This document shows, piece after piece, positions 26,076 to 39,273 of a DNA stretch of 64,000 nucleotides. The position numbers and the translations under genes were made by a program. Each line of letters opens with the position of its first letter. Within the stretch, counting starts at the first letter, position 1. Under the pieces are notes generated by a model. That model made no database searches and had not been told where the DNA came from. It was given only the letters and a program-made list of their open reading frames with translations. The DNA lies in the NCBI GenBank assembly GCA_003427395.1, contig BFEA01000016.1:446949-510948 (forward strand). The letters are read 5' to 3'. The DNA is from Chara braunii (lineage: Eukaryota > Plantae > Charophyceae).

Positions 26076-29000
26076 GAGCAGTTGAAATACAGACCTGAGT
26101 TTTTTGTTCTTGTTTTGGCCCCTCTTCGGAGCGAAGGGCCGTAAAAATAAAAAATAAAAAAAAAAAAAGATGGCGTAGGTTGCTTAATGTGCTCACGCCG
26201 CGGTGCTCTTTAGTAAAAGGCAAGAGAATATTACGCCATCTGAAAGACAGACCTGAGTTCGAACCCTGATGGAACCAGATGAACGAAATCACTAATTCTG
26301 AATTACCTGGGCCTGGCCAGTCCAACAGTAATATTTCAAGGTCGTCGCCCTGTAAAGATTATAAAAATAAAAGGGAAGCGAAACATACCTACCTCTCAAT
26401 ACCACAGATGAACGGACAACAACGCGGGTTCTGACTTATTTCAGTTCCTTTTCAAGGTATATATAAGTGGCATGTCAGTCAATGCACAAACACACCATCC
26501 ACAAAAACGCAGAGGAGCTACAGAGAGAGGCTGCCTCCATTGCAACTCAACCGGCCACTGAAAGACACCAGAACTCCAACTGAGCACAGCAGAAAGGTTG
26601 CCAGGACTGAGCCCTCACAGGGCCCCGACAGACGTGCAAGTGTTCTAGGCTGGGGGGGGCCAGCAAGCATTGTGCCCGCCCTAAGTGAAGGCGGGCCTGA
26701 ATATCCACCAGAGGCCTGTTTGCAACATTTTCCATATGTGGGTACTCGGACAGTTGCAGCACGCCAGTTGGTTACAGGGAAACGTGAGCCTCCAGGCTCT
26801 TTCCAGCAACAAGGGCTGCGCTGCATAGTTGAGCCCAGGGCCGGGTGGTTGCGTCCTGGGCACACGCAGTGTGAGGCCAACACATCACGCAGCGGCCACG
26901 GACAAATGAGAAAGCAGCATTGTGGTCACAGTCTCCGTGAGCCAATGAGAATGTGGCCAACACTTGAAGCCTGGACGGCTACCTGTAGTTGCGCAACCGA
27001 ACAGAGCCCAGGCCCTTAACTGTAGAAGCGGGCCTGGGCACAGATACTGGGGCCCGACTGGAAGCTACTGGAAACTTCCCCAGCCAGGCCCACGCAGACA
27101 CAGCAGGGGCTGCGGTTTCCATAGGGGAAAGAGGCCAGCCCAGGGCAGGACATTCTGGCCTAGGCAGGCAATGCAGACACGCTGCTGGTCAGACGCACGC
27201 ACGGCCGCAGTGGTGAGAGGGGCGCTGCTGAGGCAGCAGGCGCACAGCAGTCATAGCCGGGCAGCTCGGGCGCAGGCAGGCGATGGCGAAAGTGGTCTTC
27301 GGGTAGGAGGCGCATGATGTGGGGAGACGAGGGGTGATGACGAGAGGAGAGAGAACCTACCTGGTGTATGCTGGTGATCGGCATTGGTGTTGACGTCACG
27401 TACATCGGTCTTTGACTTCAGAGTGCTCCAGTTGCGAGAACGTAGATAGCCTGGATAGGCTGAGTAGGATAGGCTGGGCGCTGGGCGCCAGACAGCAAGT
27501 GCGCCACATTGGGTACAGTGTTGGTGCGACCGGAGAGTGGCAACATTGGCATTCGAGTTCATTGTATTGCTCTTATTTGGACGGCATCTTGGTGCATTGC
27601 ACTCCCTGCTTGGTTCATGACTATCTGAGCTACTTCGTGATTTTGCAACTTGGATTCCTGTCTATCGCTCTCGTTCATATTCCTTGCAAGGTTGTCAGAT
27701 CAGTGAACATCACAAACGGATGAGACCCGCTCTCTCGAGCAACAGATGTCAAGCTACATCTCCTGGGGGAAAAAAAGGGATGCACAGGTGCTTCCGTGAT
27801 TGCCAGCCTCCCAGGGAAAAAGAATGGCCACGACATCAACTCAACATTAGCAGAACATACAGCACAACATTAGTAGAACAGCAGAAAAGACAGTTTTTTT
27901 TGGACGGGAGACAAAACGTCAAAAAATTCCGCACAGCGTAGAGCGAGCACAGGAGGAGGACAGGCATCGTGTTACGGGACACATGGAACAAGAGACAAGC
28001 CAAGCAGCCACACGCAGGCACGGGTCTAAATGAAGGGGAAGAGCGAGATGACTCTGATTCAAGTTAGAAAAGAGAAGAGCAATCAAATGGTCCAAGTCTG
28101 CAGCGCAGATAAACGAAGCTCTCTCGCTCGCAAACACTAGCAAAACAAGCAAAGTTTTGCCAATTCAAACGTTAGTTGAAGGACAACCATCAACCTTAAA
28201 AGGCCATGGAAACCAATCAACAGCTAGATGCCAGTAGAAGTCGGTGGAGTCAAAAAAAAAAAAAAAAAAAAAAGAAGAAGAAGAAGAAGAAGTCGGTGGA
28301 GTCCATCGGTACAACGAGCGGGAACCTCAAAATTGAAGATCTTGCGTCGTATGGTTAGCACCTTCTGCCGCCATGGAGGGGAGCTGAGCATCAAGCCGAT
28401 GTGCCCAAAAGACAACACCATACAAAGGCTGCGGTGACGAGGACATAGACATGCTGCTCAGTAGCAGGCACAGCAGAGGTTAGAGAGATCCTTAACAAAA
28501 TTAATTGATATCCCCTCAGCACACGATGATACTCAATTGCCGCACGTCAATCCGCAAACCACCCAAGCGAGGTTCCAAAGGCGGACATCAACAAATGCCC
28601 ACAGCTCATACCCCAAGCTGGGCACGGGTACCTGTGACAAATCAAAGCAGACTATCACCCACCCACACAGAGCTACAACCTTCGAGCGCCTTCGCAAAAG
28701 AGAGAGAGTTACAGACGCAGAAGAACAGAGACATAGGCACAGCCCACCCTTGGCTTTTCTGTCTTTTTTACTTGCCCACAAGGTGCAACCTGGTTGCCCA
28801 TGTTTGCCTAGTTGAGCCGGGGTGCAAGGTTGCCCATGTCTGCGTCCGTGGGCAGCAGATGGCTAAGCAGACCCCGTAACTTCCAGTGTTTTTTCATGCC
28901 TTTTTTTCAAGTTTTTTATAACAAAAGTTCAAAAATCCTTTTAAAACCAAACTTGCCGCAGATCCACAGAGTGGAGACCAAATAAACCAACGGGGCAAAG

Positions 29001-29319
29001 AAAAAGTCAGCAAAAAAAGAGGCTCAAAACACCAATGCAAAAATAAAATGCTTTTTCATGTAAATTTCACCCTCGGCATTTCCCAGAGATTTCCAGATTT
29101 TCAGGCCTTCCCAAAACAGCCATTTCCGAGGCTCCGACAAACACCATGTCTGACACGTACAAACCTCAACCCAAAAACAAATAGAGAAAGGACAAAACAC
29201 CCCCCCCCCCTCCCCCACACCAAAAAAAGAAACTATAAGAATTGTCTTCAAACGTGTGTTGTCCTCCCGAGATGGAGAGACAGGAAAAGACAGCGAAAAA
29301 CAACATGAAAATGGGAATA

Positions 29320-29424
29320 CCGTCTTCACCCGAATAGAACGCCCGGTCATTATTGCTGCATCTAGACTGCAAGTCAGACCAAATGCGGCTATAATGACCG
29401 CGCGCTCTATTCGGGTGAAGACGG
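29320..29424. mobile_element. 105-bp MITE, Tc1/mariner-pogo type
   Basis: TA|CCGTCTTCACCCGAATAGA...TCTATTCGGGTGAAGACGG|TA, with ~34-bp TIRs and a TA duplication. Confidence 0.88.
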
Positions 29425-29554
29425 TAGTTGCGCCACTCGCTATCCGCCAAGATACTGGCCAGACGCATTTAAACTGTTGGGGGATGGCGAGCGGTGCAAC
29501 CAGGGCCAACGTGTGAGAAACGCAGACGCTAGGGGTTAGAGCAGCCTTCCTCTC

Positions 29555-29585
<31 letters not shown>

Positions 29586-30882
29586 AAAAGAAAGGCAGGA
29601 GCGAAATGGATGGATGATGCGGATGACGACAAGGCAAACCAAACACAGAAGCTTCAATGAAAGCGGCAGCCATTGCGGAGGCGCAGACGGTGGGTGAGAG
29701 CAGCCAAGCCAAGAATCGCCGTGCGTGCAGTGCTGCCGCATGGAAGGGAGTACACATTCTGCAATCCATTATGCAGATGAGCGTGCCATCACCACATGCC
29801 GGAAGCCGTCAATACGGGTGATGAGTTGAACCATAGTGCAATTACCCCATAATCATAATAATAATAATAATAAAAATTCCCAGTGCTCGCAAGCCCGGAC
29901 AAAAGCCCTGTAGAGAGCAGACGTTTACACAATGCAGGTATAGATAGAGATTTCAGGCTGACTGACGAGTGAAGCTCTCCACCACCGTGAGGGCATATTG
30001 CGCACCTGGAGTTGGCGGTTCAGCATTGAATAAGTTGCAGGACGCCTCCTGCAATATTATATCATAAATTATTGCCTTGCGGGTGTTGCCAAGCCCGATC
30101 ATCGCCATGACGGAGCGATCAGATTGCTTTCAAAATATCAAGTCGGCATGCAACGGCCAAGAAATCAGATGGTCGCGAAGCTAAAGGCGGCTCAGGTGCG
30201 TTGCAAACGTGTTAGCGGCAAATAGTCCGCAGAGATTCTGGAAAAAAAAATGCACTGCGAACAATCCGGATCAGGTGCGTTATGAATACTTGTTATCCTC
30301 GTTGCCACGGTCGCACTCCATTTCTCATCCTCCCGCATCACAGGCATGGCCTTCGCTGCCCGCACCGTTATTCTGCAAGGCATCCATCTGATGTTGCAGT
30401 GTCCTGCTCTGTTCCGGAGCGGGCACCAGCCTCATCTGATGTGTAACATGTCCAGCAAGCCCTCATCATCCACGTGTCCTGCAGGAGATGCCCTCACTGC
30501 AGACGGGCTCAGGGCCACTGCGACACCAGGTTCCGTTCCAGAAGAGAGTGGAACCGGCAAGGGAGGAGACAACGAGAGAGAACCCTTCTGGGTCCAAGCA
30601 CCGAGAGGGAACGACGGTAGTTCAGGCGTTGCAGATGTGCAGGAGAGGACGGCAGTGAAGACGTGGCGAAGTTTCCCAAGAACTCGACGCACCGGTGAGA
30701 GAGGAAGGGGAGGGGAGAGGGGGGAGGGAGGAACAGCTGAAGAAGGACCAGAGGGAATGGGTGCACTGCCAGGGGAGGCAGAAGANNNNNNNNNNNNNNN
30801 NNNNNNNNNNNNNNNNNNNNNNNNNNNNNNNNNNNNNNNNNNNNNNNNGGACCTTCATCTGCCCTGGCTTACAGCCAGGGCC

Positions 30883-30920
30883 CTGTCTCTTATACACATC
30901 TAGATGTGTATAAGAGACAG
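30883..30920. other. Nextera mate-pair junction adapter (assembly contaminant)
   Basis: Exact CTGTCTCTTATACACATCT+AGATGTGTATAAGAGACAG close to an N-gap. Confidence 0.99.
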
Positions 30921-30944
30921 GGAAGACCATCCTCTCCAGAAAAA

Positions 30945-30975
<31 letters not shown>

Positions 30976-31904
30976 GCAGAGTAGATGCAACGGGAATGAA
31001 TGCACACGTATTTCTTTCTTTTTCAACTTGTTTTGCTTTTCCCTTTCACTTTATCTTTTTTAATTTATTTTCTACCTTTTTCACTCTTTAATTTCTTTTG
31101 TATTTTTTACCCCTTTTTTTTTTTTTTTGCTTCACGTTTTTCCTCTCCTGCACTTTTACGCTTTTACTGTTTGCAACTCCACCTTTTTCTTCTCGTACTT
31201 TTATCGATTTAACTTTTTCACAGGGTGCAAGCTTGGCCACGTTTGTCTAGTTAAACCATAAAGTGCATAATCACCCGTCTGCTTCCTACTGAGCAACAAC
31301 TTGAGTGTATGCGGGAAACAAGGGTTAGGGGTTAAGAGCAGCTTTGCCTACAAAAAGGGCACCAGAGAGAGAGAGTAAGCAAGAGACAGAGAGCGAGGGA
31401 GACAAACAGAGCTAAATATAGTGCGCCCTCATCTTCTCTTTCTTTCCCCCCTTCTTGTTCTCATTTCCCTGGGTGCAAGGTTGTTCACGTTCGCGTAGTA
31501 GAGCGGCACGTGCACCACCACCACCCCCCCGGTCTGCTTCTTAAAAGCCCGTTTGCACCCTACTAAGGAAGAAGGATACAGGAAACGAGGCGAGGAGACG
31601 GAGAAACAGCATGACAATATGTGAGGGAGGCACGCGTTAGGGGCTAACGCAGCAGCTGTACATAGAAATCTTTGAATGACATTTCCTGAATTGAACATAG
31701 TTTGATTTTGTATATGTTTAGGTAGCTCAGTTGGAACACGGACGAAAAAACGAAAAGGAAAGAACATAGATTGATTTTGTTTCCGTTTAGGTGTCTCAAT
31801 TTGAACACGGAAGGCACGGAACGGAAAGAGCGGATGATGACAGGGCCAAACACACACAGAACAAACGCAAGTCATTCGGGCGACCATATCCTGAAAACAT
31901 TCAC

Positions 31905-32015
31905 CACGACAGGAGGCACGCTGTCCGGAGACAAGGACCGAAGAAGCGTGTTTCGCCGCGGGAGAGCATACAATCACCACACCGTCTTCGTCGGGCAACT
32001 TCAAGAGTGCTATGT
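31905..32015 (-). CDS. Possible second exon of the RCC2-like gene
   Basis: TAG acceptor and GTGAAT donor, phase 1/1, open frame. No homology support. Confidence 0.35.
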
Positions 32016-33102
32016 CTAGATATCATAGGGGATGTTCAGAGTGAGGAAAGGTACGGACAGAGCTCTTTCTAGCCACAACCGTCTTGCTACTGTAACCACT
32101 CCGCCATAATGTCGCCCGCACACTAGACGACGAGGGCTAAAACGCGCAAGCATAACAACTGCTGCTGCCAATTCCTGTTTCCCTTTTGGCCCACCCTATC
32201 TTAACACTTGGGAGCACCGGCACAATACATACATACGAACAGTCCGAATGTACGCACCGCTAGGGTTGGTTCCCCGCATAGCATGTAGTGAATGACATGC
32301 TAATTAACAACCGCGATCCCCATCACCGTCTTTCCCACCCAGTCTGGCCTAGCCCCTGAAAAGCCGCACCCGTGGTTGCCCAGTGACGGAGAAGATAGAA
32401 ATCATCATGTTCCCAACTTACATTTGCCTCACCGATTTTACAGTACGATTTTACAGTAAGTTGCCTGCAAATTAGATGTTTATCGTGAAATGTGTATGTA
32501 TTTATTTGTAGTGCGTTGTTTTTCGTTTGCTTGGCGTCCCTTCTTCAATTTTCCCATGCAAGAACATTAGCGCCAAAATAAGTGCTTCGTCCACACACTT
32601 CCCTCTCGTCACTGGACGAATTTGGCGGCAAACCTATGCGTGCGGAAAACCTTTGCAGTTAGAGTAGATCATCAAGAGGAGACGAAGGGAGGGAACACGT
32701 GTGTGAACGAAATGGAAGGACGAACGACGGAGAGAAAGAGGTGGCAGAGGGAGCAGACGGAAAGGAACGAGAGAAAGAACCGAACGAAACTAAAGCAAAA
32801 AATAATCTCTCTCGAGCCCCACAAAACTAAGTAAACATAGTCGAATTAGGAAAGTACAGATCGTACCCCCACCCTCCCACTTTCCCCCGCCTCCACCTCC
32901 ACGACACAGACACACACACACAAAAAAAAAAACATACAAAGTGTTTTGACAACGGTGACGACCCCTTCAAAACACATACATAGATATGCGCATATATATA
33001 GTCAAACAGAGCATGTATATATAATATATAATATAATATATCGTCACAATATAATATAATATAATATAATATAATATAATATAATATAATATATATACGT
33101 AC

Positions 33103-34414
33103 CCTTGGTCACTTTGGATTCCAAGACAGGAAGCTTCTCCAGCTTCTCCCGCGCATCACCCTCCACGTCGACGATGAAGAGAGAATGCGATTGCCCTGCC
33201 GCCACTCTGTGAATATGCAATCCCTCCAACGACTCTATCTTCCTCGGCACCGCCGACGACCTGGGTTCGTTAGCGCCATAGCCGAGCTCTCCGCAGTGGC
33301 CCGCCCCCCAGCTTATGCAACACGACTCTGCCGCCGCGAGAGTTGTCGTAGATCCGCACCCTAAGCTATGGATCGTCCATCCGTTGACAAGTACTCTATT
33401 AGGATGAAAAAGTACGCTATCTCCCGCTTCCGTTTTCACTCTTCCCCAGATGTAAAGCTCACCTCCCGCTGCCGAAACAACGGAGAAAGCACCTCCCGCT
33501 CCCAGCAAAGCGTTGCTTGGCACCCGATTGGCTCCCGTAAACGCGTCCAACATCCTCGGCGCCCACTCGTCCTTTTGCTCTCCATGTCCTAATCTCCCAT
33601 CGCCGCCAAATCCCCACGTGTAAACATACCCTTCAGAGTCTACCGCCACGCTATGGTTGATCCCGCACGCCGCCTTGGTTATTCTCTTCCCCACGAATGA
33701 GGAGATGACACTTGGCATAGGCTGCGGTTCGCAGATCAGACTGACTGCTCCACACGCGTTATCGCTGTCCTCGCGATCCTTGCCGTCCCCCAATTGCCCA
33801 TATTGGGAAAGACCGGCAGACAGAAGACCTACATTCGTAAGCCAGAGAGTAAACTCCGCGCCGCACGCGACATCAAAAGCGGCTTGAACGCGCGACTTCA
33901 CGGGCTTCGTTTCCATCTGGCCCCCTGCAGAACCCGTCCCGAGCTGGCCGAACTTATTCTGACCAAAACTGTAGGAGGACCCGTCAGCGCTCACAACCAC
34001 CGTGTGATGACGCCCCACCGCCGCCTTTATGACCCTTACCATCGACAGAGAGGAGACCTGCACGGGCACGTCGCGCGGCGAAACGTCTCCCAGCCCCAGC
34101 TGCCCGTTGTCGTTATGGCCCCAGGCGAAGCACCGACCACCAGCGTCCGCGGCCACGCAATGCGAGGACGCACAACCTGCTGCCACGTGGACGACCTTAA
34201 TGCCCTTCATGCCCGCCAGCCTCGCAGGTCCCAGAATGAACGGGAATCCTGTTGCGCGATCCTCGCCCAGGGACTCGCACTTCTTCATCCACAGTCCCGC
34301 ATCCGTACTCCCACAGAAAAGCAGTTCCCCTCCTTCCACCTCCCTACCATCTTCATCGCTTGCGTGAACGCCGACACCGCAGCCTTCCTGATCGCCCCCG
34401 TCAGCCATAGCCAA
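33103..34414 (-). CDS. RCC2: RCC2-like RCC1-repeat protein, main exon
   Basis: Encodes GGELLFCGST, VAAGCASSHCVA, WGHNDNGQLGLGD, ACGINHSVAVDSEGYVYTWGFGGDGRLGHGEQKDEWAPR. A GTACGT donor at 33102 precedes the (ATAAT)n tract. Confidence 0.88.
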
Positions 34415-35921
34415 AGAAACGATTGACCGCCACTACTTTCTCCGTAGCGCCAACAACCCAGCCCCGCCGCTACCCAACGAACTGACCCGACAAAGAAACA
34501 CACCACCGCCTGCTCTTCCACCCACTGCACACTGCCCCTTTCCTCTCTCGTCGTTATGGACAGTCTGATCCGTAGAATTCTTCCCTCTCCTCTCTCGCAC
34601 TTTGGCGTCCTGTGGAGTACACAATACGCAACCAGCAATGGGGAGAACAAACCCGCAAAGGTAGAGCCCTCACGCAGCGGTCAACTGCGCCTATCTCAAG
34701 GGGAGCTAGGGCGGCATAGCTACCCCTCTTAGTTCTTTCTCGCACACGAGAGGTGAGCAGCGCCATGTACTCCGCATAGGGTCACGTTCCACTACGGCAG
34801 TCGATCCTCAGCGCGAGAACAGGAGAGTGGCGCGGGAAGCGGGGAGCGGGGAGTCGTGCGCCGTTAGCCGATCAGCAATTCCGTTTTGCTCAGCTCTTCC
34901 CACGCGTGGTGCGGATAAAGACGCTCGCAGACGGCGTTACACAACCTGGCGGGAACTCGATGAACTCGATGAATTCGAGTCTCCCTCTCAAAAGTTTGCA
35001 CGTTTCTGTATTCACCCTCCCCAGCTCCACCATCATGGGTTGAGTTTCATGACAAAATGCCCGTCTTCATGGTCCGGTTTCGCAGTTCGCTGATTTCCTG
35101 GTTGGCTCTCCCAATTGCCCTCCGAAATGATCCAATTCTCCCAATTCGTCCGTTTCGTCTTTCACTAATTTTGACGGACAGGTTACCCGCTTACACATAA
35201 ATTATCGGCCGCAATGCCCAAAGTTAGCAGCCCTTGCGCCAGGTACATGCTTACCTAACAACCAATGCCCCGAGAGTTGATACGCCTATCAACTGTTGAG
35301 ACATAGAACTGTGTTCGAATTCCGGTGGAACCCAAGAAGTAGAAATACCTCTGACCCCAGGAGGCCAAGTCCCACGCGCGCCCTCGAGTTGAGCAACCGT
35401 GCAAAAAAGCATAAAACACAAGGAACCTGGCTGAAAGCAGCAAAAGGTGGGATGTGGGGCCTGGAAGGAGTGCCAGTTTTCTGGAAGGAACATCAGTTCC
35501 GTTGCCCTGAGTTAGTCGAATCAGGACAGGACGACCTTTCAGGCCTTTTTTACCCCTTCCCTAACAGCGGGTCTCGCATGACGCGACCCCTGAGACCTTT
35601 TTCCCGCGCGGGCCCGGTGCACCTTGGGCCCAGTGCAGTTTTTTGTTTATGGCTGTTTTTTTTTTTGGGTTGGTGTTGGCGCTGCTTTATGAACAGGGTC
35701 TTTTTTGGTTGCGGCTTCCCGCTTCGTCCTTCACCTCCCTGGAAAGCAAGCGGGTTTGTTTTGCACCGGGCGACGGATTGCAGAAAGTGTTGTCCGGCAG
35801 GTGTCTGCCATATTCAACCAGGTAGTGTATATTTCCATGTTCTAGCGGAAGATTCATTCGATTTTGCTCATCCTATCGATGGAAGGACCATGACGCCAGC
35901 TGTGAGGTTGGAGACTTATCT

Positions 35922-36008
<87 letters not shown>

Positions 36009-36904
36009 NNNNNNNNNNNNNNNNNNNNNNNNNNNNNNNNNNNNNNNNNNNNNNNNNNNNNNNNNNNNNNNNNNNNNNNNNNNNNNNNNNNNNNNNNNNN
36101 NNNNNNNNNNNNNNNNNNNNNNNNNNNNNNNNNNNNNNNNNNNNNNNNNNNNNNNNNNNNNNNNNNNNNNNNNNNNNNNNNNNNNNNNNNNNNNNNNNNN
36201 NNNNNNNNNNNNNNNNNNNNNNNNNNNNNNNNNNNNNNNNNNNNNNNNNNNNNNNNNNNNNNNNNNNNNNNNNNNNNNNNNNNNNNNNNNNNNNNNNNNN
36301 NNNNNNNNNNNNNNNNNNNNNNNNNNNNNNNNNNNNNNNNNNNNNNNNNNNNNNNNNNNNNNNNNNNNNNNNNNNNNNNNNNNNNNNNNNNNNNNNNNNN
36401 NNNNNNNNNNNNNNNNNNNNNNNNNNNNNNNNNNNNNNNNNNNNNNNNNNNNNNNNNNNNNNNNNNNNNNNNNNNNNNNNNNNNNNNNNNNNNNNNNNNN
36501 NNNNNNNNNNNNNNNNNNNNNNNNNNNNNNNNNNNNNNNNNNNNNNNNNNNNNNNNNNNNNNNNNNNNNNNNNNNNNNNNNNNNNNNNNNNNNNNNNNNN
36601 NNNNNNNNNNNNNNNNNNNNNNNNNNNNNNNNNNNNNNNNNNNNNNNNNNNNNNNNNNNNNNNNNNNNNNNNNNNNNNNNNNNNNNNNNNNNNNNNNNNN
36701 NNNNNNNNNNNNNNNNNNNNNNNNNNNNNNNNNNNNNNNNNNNNNNNNNNNNNNNNNNNNNNNNNNNNNNNNNNNNNNNNNNNNNNNNNNNNNNNNNNNN
36801 NNNNNNNNNNNNNNNNNNNNNNNNNNNNNNNNNNNNNNNNNNNNNNNNNNNNNNNNNNNNNNNNNNNNNNNNNNNNNNNNNNNNNNNNNNNNNNNNNNNN
36901 NNNN
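36009..36904. other. Assembly gap
   Basis: Run of N. Confidence 1.
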
Positions 36905-37341
36905 TTTTTTTTTTTTTTTTTTTTTTTGTGAGAGAGAGAGAACGATCAAGAGAAGAGGGTCATACCGTAGTCAGTTGGCAAGGCACTAGCTATCGAGAGG
37001 AGAGCAAGTGCTAGCAGGGGCGGGGACGTGGCAGGGCGCCTAGCATCATGACCTAGAAGAGAGCGACATAGCAAGCACTACGAACGTGGCCAACTGGCGA
37101 CACGATCGAGAGGATAGTGGCACAGCGTAGCCAACTGGCAACGTGATCGAGAGAAAAGTGGCATAACGTAGGAAAGTAGTAGTGTATATTTCCATATTAT
37201 AGCGGAAGATTCATTCGATTTCGCTCATTTTATCGATAGCCGTAGGGTTGGAGACTTACCTCTTGGTCAGTGCGGTGGCATGAGATGGAAGGGGATAAAA
37301 AATGTGCAGCGAGCATGGTCGCCACCTCAAATCTTTTGATC

Positions 37342-37411
<70 letters not shown>

Positions 37412-39118
37412 TTTCCAGTGTCAAAACTTCATACATTTTTGTGTTCATTCTCATTCTGATGGAAAATTCACTTCTTCAATCACGTACGTTTCCCCTGCCG
37501 CAGCGTAGCTGCGGGGCGTTTACTTGTTGTCATTATAGTATTAAGGGGAACCCTGTAGCAGTCACGTTCGTGCTCAAGCCCCCAACGAGGGAACATGCGG
37601 GAGTTGCACCCACCAGCAGGTGTGATACCTGCTACAGCAGGAGGGGATACTGGTCAGGGGTCAGCCGGTAGCATTAGGACCGAGCTTCTTCGATGGGTCA
37701 ATCACTGTGCCTTCCCTTTGGTCCCCTCCCCCTATGAACATCAGCAGTCGCTGCTCAATGCCACTCGGGGGGACCAACGACATATCTTTAGGTGGCGGGC
37801 GCTAAGCTTGCCAAGGAAGGTAATTGAGGTCAATGAGGATTGAACAAATACCTCATGAATGTCACTTGCGTTGGTGGAGTTTAGCTCAAAGGTTGCCTTT
37901 ATACACCTGAATAATTTTCCTCTTTCGTTCCTTTTGGCCCAAAATGGCCCCTGGAGGGGTGTTAAACTACTGCCAGTACCTTTCCAACATGTATTCCCAT
38001 TTGGAAAAATGACCTCATCCGAAAAGTTCGGGGGTCCGACGTAGGGTCGGCAGCAAAGGAAATTTTGGGCCTTGTGGGCCGGAGTGAGGGAACAAAAAAA
38101 AAAAAAAAAAAAAAACTTAGAATTTAGCGACGCCGGGGGAAGGCCCTTACGGAGGTGGAGGTCACACCAATGCTTTGAGGAATGTATCTGGCCACTATGT
38201 GTGGATTTCATTGCTGTTGTTTTTGCTTTATTTTTTCCCTTCTTTTCGTTTTCTTTCGTTGCCCTGCCAGCGAGGCAGGGCGTATTCCACACAGGGCAAG
38301 TAACTTCCTCACTCATCTCATACTCACACTACTGTTGTAACGTCCGTATTAGACCGAGATCACAACATAAGGGATGTTTTTCTTTTGTTTGTTCTTGATT
38401 TTTTTTCGGTGGACAAACACCCTCCCTGAGGGTACAGTCTCACTATCATCTCATATAATGTATTTGATGGCTATAATGGCGTTAGGGAAGTTTTATTCTT
38501 GATAAAACCACGATGCAGTCAAATTTTGAGTTTGAAAATGCGTTTGAGGCAAAAGGGTCGCCAATGGTGAATGTATACGACCCAGGTTCCAGGTGCGGTG
38601 GGGTAACATAAGGGTGTTTTGTGTTCGTTGACAAAAAAGGTTCGAAATTGTTTCATGATTGTGCCAAAGTTACCATTTTTTTTTCTTGTTTTTTTTTTAA
38701 TGTAATTGTCGTGAGTACCAAAAAAGAAAAGAAATTGGGTCCCAAGCTTGACAAAACTTATTGTGAAAGTAAATTCAGGTTCGACAAAACACAATCGGAG
38801 GCCGTGGTGGTTTAAAATTGCAGGCAGAGGTTTCTAGGGGGTGGATAATCCTTGTAGACGCATGACCCGTATTGGTCGTGGTCTTGCAAAAAAAAACGAA
38901 AGGGCGCGTAACCCCCGTTCCTCCCCCCTCCCTCAGTCCACTTTTCACAAATAGAAGACGCTTTGAATATAATGCATGTGCGTTGTATTCGAATACGAAG
39001 TAAATGCTCACTGTTATAATTTTGAAAAGAAAAAACTATTGTATTCAAATATATCATTGTTTTTTTTTTTCGACTTTTCCCTTTTGGTCTCAATTACTAT
39101 CACGTTATATGTTGCGAG

Positions 39119-39177
<59 letters not shown>

Positions 39178-39178
39178 N

Positions 39179-39273
<95 letters not shown>

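Noticed and set aside
26202-26278. tRNA-Gln-like sequence (GTTCGAACCC B-box, TGGAACC end); similar 3' end at ~35310-35332
   Set aside because: Acceptor and anticodon stems do not pair. At most a decayed tRNA or SINE head.
30883-30920. Inverted Tn5 mosaic ends as a real transposon or horizontal transfer
   Set aside because: Exact Nextera junction adapter near a gap.
35296-37014. 572-aa ORF and other X-containing ORFs
   Set aside because: Open only because they cross N-gaps and microsatellites.
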